A DNA stretch of 63,639 bases, counting the filler, from Octopus bimaculoides (taxonomy: Eukaryota), in the NCBI RefSeq assembly GCF_001194135.2. It is 8 parts of 8 records of this genome, joined end to end, with 100 filler letters (N's around TTAATTAATTAA, not from the genome) between each part and the next. Parts side by side here need not be neighbours in the genome. Positions count along the whole stretch, not along the records: positions 1 to 18,746 come from NC_068982.1; positions 18,847 to 26,635 come from NC_068983.1; 6 more parts are not named here. The stretch is one strand, 5' to 3'. The notes beneath the pieces are model-generated. The model saw only the letters and a program-made list of their open reading frames with translations, ran no database searches and was not told the DNA's origin. The position numbers and the translations under genes were made by a program. Position 1 is the first letter of the stretch. Every line of letters begins with the position of its first letter. Positions 11,684 through 25,934 of this stretch are shown piece after piece.

Positions 11684-12917
11684 CATGACAGAAGTAAATA
11701 GACACCCCATAAAACATCATTTTATGTATATTTTAACATCAAAAGGTTTATATTTTTTATTAATTGACATTTTCATGTTTCAGGTTCTGTATGTGGCCGT
11801 TTAGTCATGCCATGTACAAAAAATGCCTTGGAACAGTCCCAATTTCAAAGAGGCCATATTGTGAGTCAATCTGAAGGTGGACTTAATCAACATAAAATCA
11901 CAGAAAACATTAGGACTCACTTTCTACAGTTAATAGAGTGATTGTGCAATTCACCAGAGAGGGGAAAGAGTTCACATCACCTTGCCCAGTCAACCAGAGC
12001 CCTCTGACAGGACCCTTCGCTTTATGAGAAGTGTGGAGGATAATCGTTGTTGCAAGGCCCCTGACAAGTTGATTTCAGTCCCTGAACAGCTGTCAGGTAT
12101 CTTCAAAAACTTGACTATCATGGCAGAGCAGCAAGAAGGAAGCCTCTTATTCAACCAGCCAATATGAAGTGGGGAAAAGATTGGTCGAGATGTCACTAGC
12201 ATTTTGAGACACTGTCATATTCTCTGATGAGTCTAGATTTGCTGTATTTTCTGATAGTGCAGGTCTGGAGACTCTGTGATCAAGAAATTGACGTGAAAAA
12301 GGTTGCAGCCAACAGTAAAACATGGTGGCTATTCTGTGATGGTCTGGAGAGCAATTTAGAGCAATGGTCAATCAGAGCTGGTGGAGTGTGAGGGAAAGAT
12401 AAACTCAGATAAATATGCAACCATATTTCAGAAAGGACTCCTTCCAATCTTTTCCAGTGGTGAAATGATTAAAGAAGACTCTCTATTTATGGAAGATGGA
12501 GCTCCTTGTCATACAGCTAAAAAGACCCAAGATTGGTTGGAAGAGAATGGCATTAGAAAGTTACCATGCCTAAGCCATGGAAACTAGATATGAACCCTAT
12601 TGAACACTTCTAGGGCATAATGGACAGGACACTTCATAAAAAGAACAAGAAAGCATCCTCAAAGCCAGACTTTATGAGATTACTGCTTGAATCATGGCAT
12701 GAAATTCGTTAAGAGAATAGTCATCATCTGATCCGTAGCATACTTAACAGGGTCCTTGCACTTAATAGGGTCCCACTTAGTAGGGCCCTTACAAAGGACA
12801 TGTCTACTAAATATTAAATATTCACATTATAATAGTTAACAAATAATTTGAATGTTTAATTCCAGATTTAAATAAATTTTAATGATTATAATGGTGTCTA
12901 TGTACTTCTGTCACATG
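11684..12917 (+). mobile_element. Tc1-family DNA transposon (DD34E), defective
   Basis: About 30-bp TIRs (CAGAAGTAAATAGACACC / GGTGTCTATGTACTTCTG). Motifs FSDESRF, KHGGYSVMVW, MEDGAPCH and DMNPIEH across frameshifts. Confidence 0.85.
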
Positions 12918-14025
12918 CGAGGGGCAAAAATTAGAAGTAGTTAATAGCTTCCGCTGCCTAGGTGACCAAGTCTGTAGTGGAGATGGATGCTCTGAGAGTG
13001 TAGTGGCTAGAATAAGAATAGCCTGGGCAAAGTTCAGGGAGATTCTACCTCTGCTGGCAATTAAGGGCCTCTTATTCAGCATGAAAGGTAGACTGTATGA
13101 TGCATGTATGCAAACTGCTATGCTACACGGCAGTGAAACATGAGCCATGACTGCTGGGGACATGTGAAGGTTTGAAAGAAATGAAGCAAGTATGATCCAC
13201 TGGATGTGTAATGTTGGTGTACATGCACAACAGAGTGTGAGCACCTTGAGAGAAATGTTGGACATAAGAAGCATCAAATGTGGTGTACAAGAGAGACAAC
13301 TGCACTGGAATGGTCATGTGTTACGTATGGATGAGGACAGCTGTGTGAGGAAGTGCCACACCCTAACTGTGGAAGAGGTAGACCCAGGAAGACATGAGAT
13401 GAGGTGAGAAAGCATGACCTTTGAATGATGGGCCTCACAAAGGCAATGACAGGAGACCAAGACTTTTGGAGATATGCTGTGATTGAGAAGACCCAGCAAC
13501 TGTAGTGAGATCAGAGCCATGGTTGATGCCAGTGTTGCATGTCTGGTGATATGATATGCTTGAGAAGACTTGTTGAGTCAGAATCGTAGCTGTGGCTAGT
13601 GCACCCTGACTGGCTTCCCTGCTGGTGGCACGAAAAATGCCCCATCCGAACATGGTCAATACCAGTGCTCCCTGACTGGCTCCCATGCCACTGGATGTAA
13701 AAAGCACTATCTGAACGTGGTGGGTGCCAGGTCCACCTGACTGACTCTTGTGCCAGTGGCACATAAAAAGCACCATCCAAACATGATCAATGCTAGTGCC
13801 TCCTGACTGACTCCTGTGTCAGCGACATGTAGAAAGCACTATCTGAATGTGATCAATGCCAGGGCCATCTGACTGGTTCCTGTATCGGTGGCACATAAAA
13901 AAGCACCCACTACACTCTTGGAGTGGTTGGCATTAGGAAGGTCATCCAGCCATAGAAACATTGCCAGATCAGATTAGAGTTTGGTACAGCCACTGGCTTT
14001 CCAGACCTCAGTCAAACCGTCCAAC
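12918..14025 (+). mobile_element. RTE LINE 3' part with 62-bp tandem UTR units
   Basis: VARIRIAWAKFRE, AMLHGSET* and WNGHVLRMDEDSCVRKC motifs, then the UTR. Confidence 0.85.
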
Positions 14026-15829
14026 NNNNNNNNNNNNNNNNNNNNNNNNNNNNNNNNNNNNNNNNNNNNNNNNNNNNNNNNNNNNNNNNNNNNNNNNNNN
14101 NNNNNNNNNNNNNNNNNNNNNNNNNNNNNNNNNNNNNNNNNNNNNNNNNNNNNNNNNNNNNNNNNNNNNNNNNNNNNNNNNNNNNNNNNNNNNNNNNNNN
14201 NNNNNNNNNNNNNNNNNNNNNNNNNNNNNNNNNNNNNNNNNNNNNNNNNNNNNNNNNNNNNNNNNNNNNNNNNNNNNNNNNNNNATATATATATATATAT
14301 ATACATATACATACATATGATCCATGATATATATCTAAGCAGAGACAGACAGAGAATATCCTAATAACGATTGAAATGAACACAAAATATTAAATATTTC
14401 ATTGAATGTATTTGATTTTAGAAGTGTCTCGTGGTGTTGAAAGATTTTCCTTCTTTTCCATAATCATTACGCTTTATTTCCCCTCGTGTTCATATTCATA
14501 AAAGACACACACCAGAATTTAGCTAAGCTAGTGTACTAAAAATCTCTCAAGACCAGCCATGAACACGCACCACACATCCAGACGTCTACATGTTTATACA
14601 CACACACAGACACAAAGCACATACATACGGCCATGCACAGACACACATAAGTAAAAGACAAACCATATAATAGACGTACGACAAATAGCTGTATGCATTG
14701 TAATCATACTTGTTTGTAGACAAATAGAGACAGCTAGATATCAGTTACCAAACATGAATCAATAACAAATAGATAAAAGTGTTGTGATGAAGCCATTGGG
14801 AGAGTAGTTATGTCTTACTGTTGCTTTGACGATCAACAAAAATAATACAATTATACAAAACTTTCTATTTACAAAACTGAATTAGAGGTTGCCCAAAATA
14901 AATTTGGCAACATACAAATATAATGGAGCGATTTAAAATTTTTTCAAATCAATCTTCATTTGCCTATTGATTTATGATTGGCTATTGTTGTTTGTTATTA
15001 ATTGTGTTTAGTAGTATCAGTTTAATAATTTAGATTTGAGGGAATTGTCTTGTATGATTTGGTGCAGTCAGGAATGGAATATATTCAATATGTACTAATG
15101 ACATTCTTTGGTTAAAAATCCGAACATTATGAGTGTCCGTCTCATTTGAGAAATTAATGAGAATTTTACAATATTTTTCCATTAACCAAAGGCAAATCAA
15201 CACACACATACACACATACATACACACACACACACATACGCACACACACACACACTCACATACACACACATACACACATATATATTTGTAAATACATACA
15301 TCTTTGCAGATGAAGAAAGTTACCACCTAGTGCGTTATAACTGAATACAGTACACTGATTTGTTCATCTTGTGTTATCAATCGTCATCATCATCATCTTC
15401 ACCATCATCATCATCATTCAACATCAATTTGCCATGCTGGTATGGGTTGGACATTGTGACAGGAGCTGGTAAGCCAGAGGACTGTGCCAAGCTCCTGTTG
15501 TTTGCTTTGGCACGGTTTTCATGGCTAGACGCCCTTCCTTATGCCAACCACTTTACAGAGCAGACTGGATACTTTTTATGTGGCACCAACACCAGTGGGG
15601 TCACTGAGTAACTTGCAAGATGAAGATCCCTCAACTGAGAGAGGGAGTAGTATTGAGGGAGATGACCTTGGGCCTGGTGACGACAGATTAGAGGATGACA
15701 AGGGGACAGAAAATAGGTGCCTTACTGTAGGAGAGATACATAGTTACCCCAGATGGAGGGAGAAAGAGGGCAAGAAAGAGAGAGAAAGAGAGAGAAAGAG
15801 AGAGAGAAAGACAGTGAGATACATACTGA

Positions 15830-16090
15830 CGGTGCACAGCCACCAGAGAACACAGGCTTCATTCCTCTCCGGTTTATGCATGTCATCTCACAACCATGGA
15901 GAATAGCCATCCATACACAAGTATCATATAGCCAGCATTCTGCTCTGAGAGAGAGAGTCCTTTTGATGCCAACAGAGGTAATAAGCTCTCTGAACTTCTT
16001 CTGTCTTATTCTTATTCTAGCAACGATACTTTCAGAATATCTTCTGCCACTGTTAATTTGGTCATCTAGTTAACAGAAACTATTTACAAC
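15830..16090 (-). mobile_element. RTE LINE fragment
   Basis: VVNSFC*LDDQI...SIVARIRI...KFRELLPL across indels. Confidence 0.65.
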
Positions 16091-16200
16091 CTTAAGGGAG
16101 CTTCTTGGGAATTTTAGGTACTCCATACAATAATGTAGACCCATAGCTGGAAATAACCTTTGGGCTAGAATGCAATAGAATAGTAAAAGCAGGCTGAAAG
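16090..16200 (-). mobile_element. possible Penelope-like RT fragment
   Basis: LLYGVPKIPKKLPLRL*IVS resembles the PLE motif LYGLPKIHK..PLRPIVS. Confidence 0.4.
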
Positions 16201-17489
16201 GAAAATGACCTTTGGTTAAGGGATGTCAAAAATGGACTTAGAATTTGTAATGACCTCTGAAGCCCATGGAGCCATACTTGAACTGTGCTTAGTATAAGGC
16301 AACAACACAAAGGGAATGAGATTTATGACTAAGTAGAAATCCTAGTTGTTATATTTGTTAGAGCAAAACACACAACAGAATGCTCCAGACAACTTGAAGA
16401 CTAAACAAAAACAAAGAAAATGGAAATGATGAAAACAAACAGCAACAAAAAATACAACGAATCCCTGTTTCCCGAGCACCATTACTCAAAAGTCTGAGAA
16501 CAGCAAAGGAAATATTTGTAGGCCCTGTATCACAAACTGATGAAGAAAAAGCTCATCTCTAACAGTATCAACCTGTAGTAACAGCTTTGTATATTTTGTG
16601 GTCATTTCAAGCCATTGTGGTTGACAAAGAAAAGATTATTATTATTATTGTTGCTGGTGTGTTCATTATTGTTGTTAGCACTTCTTCTGAATTAGCTCAA
16701 TTAGCTAACCAACAAATTAAAATATATTACGTTATTTAATTACAACCTGAGTTCAAATTCCACCAAGGTTCACTTTACCTTCTGTCTTTTTAGGATTTTG
16801 TTTGTGTCTTGGAAGGGCCATTACACCAATAATATAAACATACCCATTGGTTCGATATCACTTCGTTACTGTTAGTCAATTGGTTAAATATCTCAACAAT
16901 TAGCAAATCAATTGTTTGCTTAATGTGCTGGTTAAACAATCAATCTGTTGTTTGTAATTCAAAGTTCTTTCATCGCTGTTCACGACCTTCAAAATGACTT
17001 CCTTCTCTCTCCAGGATTGATAATTCAACTATATATTTTCCCTGAAAATCGTAGCCTTGTACCTATGCTGGAGATTTGTGTATTGATTTTATCATCATCA
17101 TCATCATCATTATCCTCATCATCATCATCATTATCCTCATCATCATCATCATTATCCTCATCATCATAGTAATCGTCTTCATCGTTGTCATTATCATCAT
17201 CATCATCTTTTTCTATGCTTTATAAGGCATTTCTCTTGTAACACAAACTGCAATGCTACATGCAGATCAGAAACACATGCAGTGTTTCTTTTTCCATGTA
17301 TAAATATATTTTATGCATTTGGTTTTCATCATTCCATTGTATGTTTGCCTTGGGTATTCAGGTTGTCTTTTTATTTATTAATTGTAGTTGTTTAGTACCC
17401 GGTCAGTGCTGATCAAGAAGACTTCTGATCAAAGGCATTCCAGCCATGAAATCATCTCCATTTCCCATCCTCAGGACCAACAGTTTTTA

Positions 17490-18125
17490 TAACCCTTTTG
17501 CATTCAGGATTATTCTGTCTAAAGTAATGATTATTTATTCTCATCCTTTTCTATAACTCTTTTACTCTTTTACTTGTTTCAGTCATTTGACTGCGGCCAT
17601 GCTGGAGCACCGCCATTAGTCAAGAAAATCGACCCCAAGACTTATTCTTTGGACGCCTAGTACTTATTCTATCGGTCTCTTTTGCCGAACCGCTAAGTTA
17701 CGGGGACGTAAACACACCAGCATTGGTTGTCAAGCAATGTTGGGGGGACAAACACAGACACACAAACACATACACACACATACATATATATACATATATA
17801 CATATATACGACAGGCTTCTTTCAGTTTCCGTCTACCAAATCCATTCACAAGGTTTTGGTTGGCCCAAGGCTATAGTAGAAGACACTTGCCCAAGGTGCC
17901 ATGCAGTGGGACTGAACCCAGAACCATGTGGTTGGTAAGCAAGCTACTTACCACACAGTCACTCCTGCGCCTATGCATATCTTGTAGCTTTGCAATTTTG
18001 AAGAGGTAACTGTTAATTTTTAGAATGTTACTGTAGGGTTGATATGAGAAGCCATATCCAACCAGTTTGAACATGACACAGGTAGAATATTTCAGCTAGA
18101 TATGGTCAGTATAAATGTTAATGGT
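17490..18125. mobile_element. piggyBac-type MITE split by a family-A SINE
   Basis: AACCCTTTTGCATT left end and degenerate AATGTTAATGGTT right end; SINE A occupies 17555-17970. Confidence 0.5.
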
Positions 18126-18312
18126 TGTGTGTAATTTGAGGGAGATCTGGTTGCTATCTCTAGCAGGTTGGACAACCATGCACAGATTTTGCAGACCCTT
18201 TAGAACTAGTGACATACAGGCCATTAATATTTCATTCAAACTGGTACAAATCAAATATTTATTAAGGATCACTAACCTTGATTTCTATATGTAACGCTGT
18301 CATCTTCATCAA

Positions 18313-18346
<34 letters not shown>

Positions 18347-18715
18347 AATTATTATTCCCATTATCTGTGGCTGTTGCTGCTATAACTATTAGCATATCTA
18401 TTTATACTTTTTCCACAAAGATTCTATTTAATGATAAAATTCGAACAGTTCCTCCTTCGCCACTACCGCCACCATCTTTACCATCACAACCATTAATAAA
18501 TCAACTGCTCCGATTATATCAATATTACAATACCCCAAAGCTGCAAATCTTCTCAATAACACCTTTTACATAGCAATTGTTCAATTTCAAATGATATTAC
18601 CTGAACTCTATTTTATCTGTTTCCCCAAAAGATAAAAATCAGCTCAGCTATTTTACTTCTTATTACTTGCATCATTTCCACCATGTTAACAAATGAAATT
18701 AAAAAGGAATGCTTT

Positions 18716-18746
<31 letters not shown>

Positions 18747-18846
18747 NNNNNNNNNNNNNNNNNNNNNNNNNNNNNNNNNNNNNNNNNNNNTTAATTAATT
18801 AANNNNNNNNNNNNNNNNNNNNNNNNNNNNNNNNNNNNNNNNNNNN
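18747..18846. other. artificial scaffold join (44 N + TTAATTAATTAA + 44 N)
   Basis: The same 12-mer, with stops in all six frames, sits inside N runs at 18791, 26680, 29611, 56028, 58160, 60425 and 62488. Confidence 0.95.
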
Positions 18847-19245
18847 ATATATATATATATATATAACTATACACACATACACATAAGTATCTGAAATTAA
18901 TGCATTGTTATAAAATTAAGAAAATCTATATTATACATACATACGTCCATACACACACACACACACATATATATACACACACATACACAAACATATATAG
19001 GTATCTGGAATTAACGCATTGTTGTAAAATTAAGTAAATTTATATTGTACATATACATACATACATGCATGCATACATACATGCATGCATACATACATAC
19101 ATACATACATATATATGTGTGTGTAAATGTCTGTATGTATAGACATCAGTGTATGTGCGTATGTGTGTGTATGTGTGTATGTTTGTTCCATGTATGGCTA
19201 TGACTACACATTCCTGTTCATTTCTCTCTACATCCCTTGGCATCA

Positions 19246-19303
<58 letters not shown>

Positions 19304-21080
19304 TTCTCCCTCTCTCAAAATTCTCTGCGATGCCTGGACGCTATGGATCAACATGTTTTTATTACTTCCATACTTCCATCATAAAACAAACTTTCACAGA
19401 CATAATCAAATGAACTGAAACTCAACAAAACTGTTTTGTCTAAGCACTATTTGACCATAAACTAACGTTTCTAAAGATCAATTCTCATTTCATTTTATGC
19501 CATTGTATAAATTCACTTTATTATTTCACTCAAAGAATTTCCACCATTGCAATGTAAGAATATGTTTTAACATAATTCTATTTTATTTTGTTTCGTCTGA
19601 ATTTATATCATTCATTCTTTTTTTGTTTTTTTTTTATTAAATTTTACTTTTGTTTTTATGTTGCTTGTTTTGTTGTAGGTCGGAAGTTTACAAAACACGG
19701 GTTTACAAAACATACGCTAGGCGTAGGAGTGGCTGTGTGGTAAGTAGCTTGCTTACGAACTACATGGTTCCGGGTTCAGTCCCACTGCGTGGCACTTTGC
19801 TAAGTGTCTTCTACTATAGCCTCGGGCCGACCAAAGCCTCGTGAGAGGATTTGGTAGACGGAAACTGAAGGAAGCCCGTTGTATATATGTATATATATGT
19901 GTGTGTGTATGTGTGTTTGTGTGTGCGTATATTTGTGTGTCTGTGTTTGTCCCCCCAACATCGCTTGACAACCGATGCTGGTGTGTTTACGTTCCCGTAA
20001 CTTAGCGGTTCGGCAAAAGAGATTGATAAAATATGTACTAGGCTTACAAAGAATAAGTCCTGGGGTCGATTTGCTTGACTAATGGTGGTGCTCCAGCAGG
20101 GCTACAGTCAAATGACTGAAACAAGTAAAAGAGTAAAGAGTAAAAGAGAGTATCTCGTTTTTTTGACAAATTTTATTTTACTGTCTTACATTGTTTTCTG
20201 GTATTTGCTAATATGAGTGGATGGGTGGATGGGTGGATGGGTGGATGGAGGGACAGACAGGCTGATGGACAAGCAGATGGACGTACCTATAGATTGATGG
20301 ACAAACAGAGAGCTAGCTGAACACATGGACGGATGAATAGATGGACGGACAGATGGATGGGCAGATGGATGGACGGACGAACAAATGGATGGATGGACAG
20401 ATGGATGAACAGACAGGTAAATAGACAAATGGACAGACAGATGAATGGATGGATTAATGAAGACTGAACTCAGTGGAACATGAACTCAGAATATAAGACA
20501 GAGAAAACGCCACTAAGAATTTTACCCAGAATTCTAATAAATCTGTCAGATTAGAGTTTATATTACAGTTGAATAATGACTGCAAATGAGAATTAAATAG
20601 CTTTCACCAGAGAATTGTGCAGTCATATTTCAGCAATACCTTGGGTCATCTTACTTAATTGACATTAAAACAAGCAAGAATTATTTGTTAATGCTACAAT
20701 GAAGTATCAAAAAATTGACATCATTTTTCATGGTGTTTGAGGTAAGTGACAACTGACAAACAAGCTGAAAATATTTTTATTATGCATTTTATTTTATGCT
20801 TTTGTACATATAGGTGCAGGAGTGACTGTGTGGTAAGTAGCTTGCTTACCAACCACATGGTTCCGGGTTCATTCCCACTGCGTGGCACGTTGGTCAAGTG
20901 TCTTCCACTATAGCCTCGGGGTGACCAAAGCCTTGTGAGTGGATTTGGTAGACGGAAACTGATAGAAGCCCGTCGTATATATGTATATATATGTGTGTAT
21001 GTGTGTGTATATGTTTGTCCCACCAACTTTGCTTGACAACCAATGTTGGTGTGTTTGTTTTTACTTGTTTCAGTAAATTT

Positions 21081-22030
21081 GAACTTAAAACATGAGGGAT
21101 CAAAATTAAACTGCCATAACTGTAAACCTCATTTATTGTCACATTTCATGGATGAAACAATTTTCATCAAATAGTAAATCAAAATAAAATTAAAATAATA
21201 TATATTATACTAATGAGGACAGCAAGCTGGCAGAATCGTTAGCATGCCGGATGAAATGCTTAGCGGTATTTCATCTGCCAGTAGTTTCTGAGTTCAAATT
21301 CTGCCAAGGTCAACTTTGCCTTTCATCCTTTCGGGGTCGATAAATTAAGTACCAGTTACACACTGGACGGGTGATGTAATCGACTTAATCCCTTTGTCTG
21401 TCCTTGTTTGTCCCCTCTATGTTTAGCCTCTTGTGGGCAATAAAGAAATTAATATATTATACCAATGATAATATTTGAACCTGGAACAAATGAGACCAAA
21501 TCTAAAGGACCACAACTGTGAAACCCCTTTTATAGGGTTACATTTCCATGGAAGATATAGAGTTTTCATTATTGGTACCCCCCCCCCAAAAAAAAGGAAT
21601 AAAATAAATGAAGTAATGTACCTACAGTAGGATTTTAGCTTATGACCTCTGGGACGAAAAGTGGAGTAGCATAATTGTAAAATCTCTTTATAGTGTCACC
21701 ATTCTATGGGTGAAACAGTTTACATAAAATTGTGAAGCAAAATTAATGAAATGATATACCAAGAGTAAAAATTGAACCTATAACCTCAGGGCGAAAAACT
21801 AAAATATAACTTCAAAACTTTCCTTACTTTCACATTTACATGGATGAAGCAATTTTAATCAAATAGTAAAAAAAAGAAAAAAACAAAAGAAAGAAGCAAT
21901 ATGTTAGATCAATGATAGAATTTGAACCTGTAACCTTCTGCATTGAAACTAAAATACCACAATCACAAAAGTTTTTTTATGTCTTGATACATGCCCATTG
22001 AATGAAATAGAGTTGTCATCAAACTCAGAA
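21081..22030. repeat. degenerate tandem array with a unit of about 148 bp
   Basis: Recurrent TTGAACC...CATGGATGAA...ATCAAAT at about 21081, 21475, 21633, 21773 and 21921; unit 1 is split by SINE B. Confidence 0.6.
21217..21451 (+). mobile_element. tRNA-SINE family B with a 17-bp TSD
   Basis: GCAAGCTGGCAGAATCGTTAGC head and GCCTTTCATCCTTTCGGGGTCGATAA core. TSD ATATATTATACYAATGA at 21200-21216 and 21452-21468. Other copies at 8630-8820(-), 23866-24560(-, up to four), 36802-37034 and 57800-58020(-). Confidence 0.9.
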
Positions 22031-22445
22031 ATGATACATTTGTCATAATGGGATTTTTTTTATAACAAAAAATAAAAAAATGTCTAAACACCAATAACTC
22101 TTTCATCAAAAAAAAAAAAAAAAATAATAATAATAATAATAATAAACCCTAACAAAAAAAAATAAACAACAAAACCATATCAATTGCAGATAAGGTCAAA
22201 ATTAACATTAATTATAAACACGGTGCCTGTGAAATATTTTGTGCAAAATGCACTTCTGTTATGCCACTTTGTGACAACTAACGACTAACACAACAACAAA
22301 AACTACAAAAAAAATAAAAGAAAAGTAACCGTCAGTTTTTGACAAAATGGATATGAAGTGTAAAAAAAATATATATACAGTTTCTAACAAAAGAAAAAAG
22401 GAAAAAATAATTACGATAAACTGAATAGTCAATATTTTTATATTA

Positions 22446-22510
<65 letters not shown>

Positions 22511-22541
22511 TTTATTTTTACTATTATTATTTTTATTATTA

Positions 22542-22612
<71 letters not shown>

Positions 22613-23161
22613 TTTATTTTTACTATTATTATTTTTGTTATTATCATTATCGTTGTTGTTGCTGTTGTTGTCTTTCATAGACGCAGTAAAGAAGTATTAT
22701 CTTCTGTGATGGTAATGGTGGTATTGGGTATATAAGAGTACTCAGTCAGCTGTGATTAGGGAGGACAATGCATGCAAGAAGAACAGTATACAGTGTGCTT
22801 AGAATTTAGGAAATAAGGCAATACATAATAACAAAATGGCATGAATAGAGATTTGAATAAGTCTTTGTGATAGATGGAGAAACACGTCGTACACAAACAA
22901 GCACATAAGCAGACACACGCATGCACACACATATATGCATATGCTTTCATAATCACTCCCACACAAACGTATACATATGCATATGAATTACAAAAAAACA
23001 TATATATATGTATATGTATATATGTGTAAATGTATATATGTATGTATATATATATGTGATTTTTGTGACTGGTTTTCAACAATATAAATGAAAACGAAAT
23101 CTGTTATAAAGAAGCCTTTTCTTCTTTCCTTTTGAATAAAAAGCTACAAATGTGATAATTC

Positions 23162-23196
<35 letters not shown>

Positions 23197-23512
23197 NNNN
23201 NNNNNNNNNNNNNNNNNNNNNNNNNNNNNNNNNNNNNNNNNNNNNNNNNNNNNNNNNNNNNNNNNNNNNNNNNNNNNNNNNNNNNNNNNNNNNNNNNNNN
23301 NNNNNNNNNNNNNNNNNNNNNNNNNNNNNNNNNNNNNNNNNNNNNNNNNNNNNNNNNNNNNNNNNNNNNNNNNNNNNNNNNNNNNNNNNNNNNNNNNNNN
23401 NNNNNNNNNNNNNNNNNNNNNNNNNNNNNNNNNNNNNNNNNNNNNNNNNNNNNNNNNNNNNNNNNNNNNATATATATATATATATATATATATAGATAGA
23501 TAGATAGATATA

Positions 23513-23555
<43 letters not shown>

Positions 23556-25656
23556 GATGAAACTTATACATTACCATACTTCATGGCTGGATTGATTGAT
23601 GGAATTACCAAAAACCGTTTTCTACTGAAAGGGCCACAAATCTCATAAAAAACATTCTATACAGATATAGTAGAATTGAAGAATTTTAGTTTTTAACAGT
23701 AATATTATATATGACAAAAACAGTGGTAGTCACACCATAGCAACAAAAAGGCAATGAAATATAATGTCGTATAACAACACCGTAATAGCAATGAAATGGC
23801 TACCAATGAAAATGAAGCAAGCTATGATGTTGTAATACTTGGTGTTGGTTAATCGTTTCTACTATAGGCACACGGTCTGAAATTTTGGGGGAGGCGATGA
23901 GTCGATTACATCGATCCCAATGTGTAACTGGTACTTCATTTATCGACCCCAAATGGATGAAAGGCAAAATCAACCCAGGCGGCATTTGAACTCAGAATGT
24001 GAAGACAGATGAAATACCGCTAAACATTTCGTCCAGCCTGCTAATGATTCTTATTTCTTTATTGCCGACAAAGGGCTAAACATAGAAGGGACAAACAAGG
24101 ACAGACAAAGGGATTAAATCAATTACATCGATCCCAGTGCATAACTGGTACTTAATTTATCGACCTCAAAAGGATGAAAGCCAAAGTCAACCTTGGTGGC
24201 ATTTGAACTCAGAACATGACGGCAGACGAAATACCGCTAAGCATTTCGCCTGGCATGCTAACGTTTCTGCCAGCTCGCCGCCTTACTTGGTGTTGGTTAA
24301 TAATAATGGTTTTCGGTGCCTATATTTTTGATCCCTAAAACAATGAAAGGTAAAGTAGTGGAATTTGAACACAGAACATAAAGAGCTGGATGAAATAACA
24401 CAAACATTTTGCATGATGTAGTAACAATTCTACCAGCTAACCATTTTAATGGTTTTGAATTCTGGCACAAGGCTAACTGTTGTAAGTGGAGGTGGGGAAG
24501 TCAATTCTGTTGACTCTAGTACTCAACTGGTACATAGATTAAGGACCTTGAAAGGATGAAAATCAAAACATTACACAGATTGTTTTATCACATATAAATG
24601 CAACAAAAAATCTCTTAAATGTTCATGGGTGTTGATCACTTACTTCTACACACAGGCCAAGAAACATTTTCATTTATCAACTCAACCAGTCACCATCAAA
24701 GACTATCCATTTGTGCAACCATCAGGTTGGAACACTCTTGTCCATTACTAGCATAGCTTGGATCAGAGCAAGCTATTTTTCCTTCAAAAATTTTCATAAG
24801 GGCAGGTGGATCTAGGAGATGCTTTTCATGCACAATATATAAAAGAACAAATATCTGTATTTTGGTAACAAAGAAAAAAATTAGAAAAAAATTTCAAAAG
24901 TAAATACTACCAGAATTCTGGAGACTTTCGGTTAACCTCGAAGAAATATAATATTAACTGCAGAAGAAGTACACTTTAAATTATAGCAATTTCATTTTAT
25001 GTTTGCTAAAATATTTTACCAAACACTGTACCATATCAAATATTTAGAATTTCATTACATAAATCAACATTCGTGTGTGAAATAAAAGCCTCATATTTTT
25101 CTTGTTTATTTACTTTGTAAAAATGTGATTGCAAAAAAAAAAAAAGAAGAAAAGAATAGATAAGCAAGCAAATAAATGCATAAATGACCTAAAAGAAAAT
25201 TAAATAAAATATCTGGATAAAAATTGATTTGAAAATAAAACATCCGAACAATGAAAAAATATACAAAATCTGAAAGTGATCTATAAAACATGATATCATT
25301 ATGATTTCTTATATGTGTGTGTGTGAGTGTGTGCGTGTGTGTGTCTATGTATATATGCATGCATGCATATATATATATANNNNNNNNNNNNNNNNNNNNN
25401 NNNNNNNNNNNNNNNNNNNNNNNNNNNNNNNNNNNNNNNNNNNNNNNNNNNNNNNNNNNNNNNNNNNNNNNNNNNNNNNNNNNNNNNNNNNNNNNNNNNN
25501 NNNNNNNNNNNNNNNNNNNNNNNNNNNNNNNNNNNNNNNNNNNNNNNNNNNNNNNNNNNNNNNNNNNNNNNNNNNNNNNNNNNNNNNNNNNNNNNNNNNN
25601 NNNNNNNNNNNNNNNNNNNNNNNNNNNNNNNNNNNNNNNNNNNNNNNNNNNNNNNN

Positions 25657-25702
<46 letters not shown>

Positions 25703-25878
25703 ACATGCATATGCCTACATATACATGTATGCTTGCACATACACATACATATGCTTGTAAGAAGGCATGTAGGTGAATGTATGATTATAAGATGCATGAA
25801 CTCATGGTTATTTACATATGTGAATGAATATATATAAGAAATTTTATATTACTTCTTATATATATACAAATATGTGTA

Positions 25879-25934
<56 letters not shown>

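Noticed and set aside
17871-18074. LVGYGF, resembling the expected ZIP TM1 start
   Set aside because: It lies inside the MITE/SINE, is not hydrophobic downstream, and has no compatible splice sites.
21081-22030. CRISPR-like or prokaryotic arrays
   Set aside because: Eukaryotic context, no constant repeat with unique spacers, and no cas genes.
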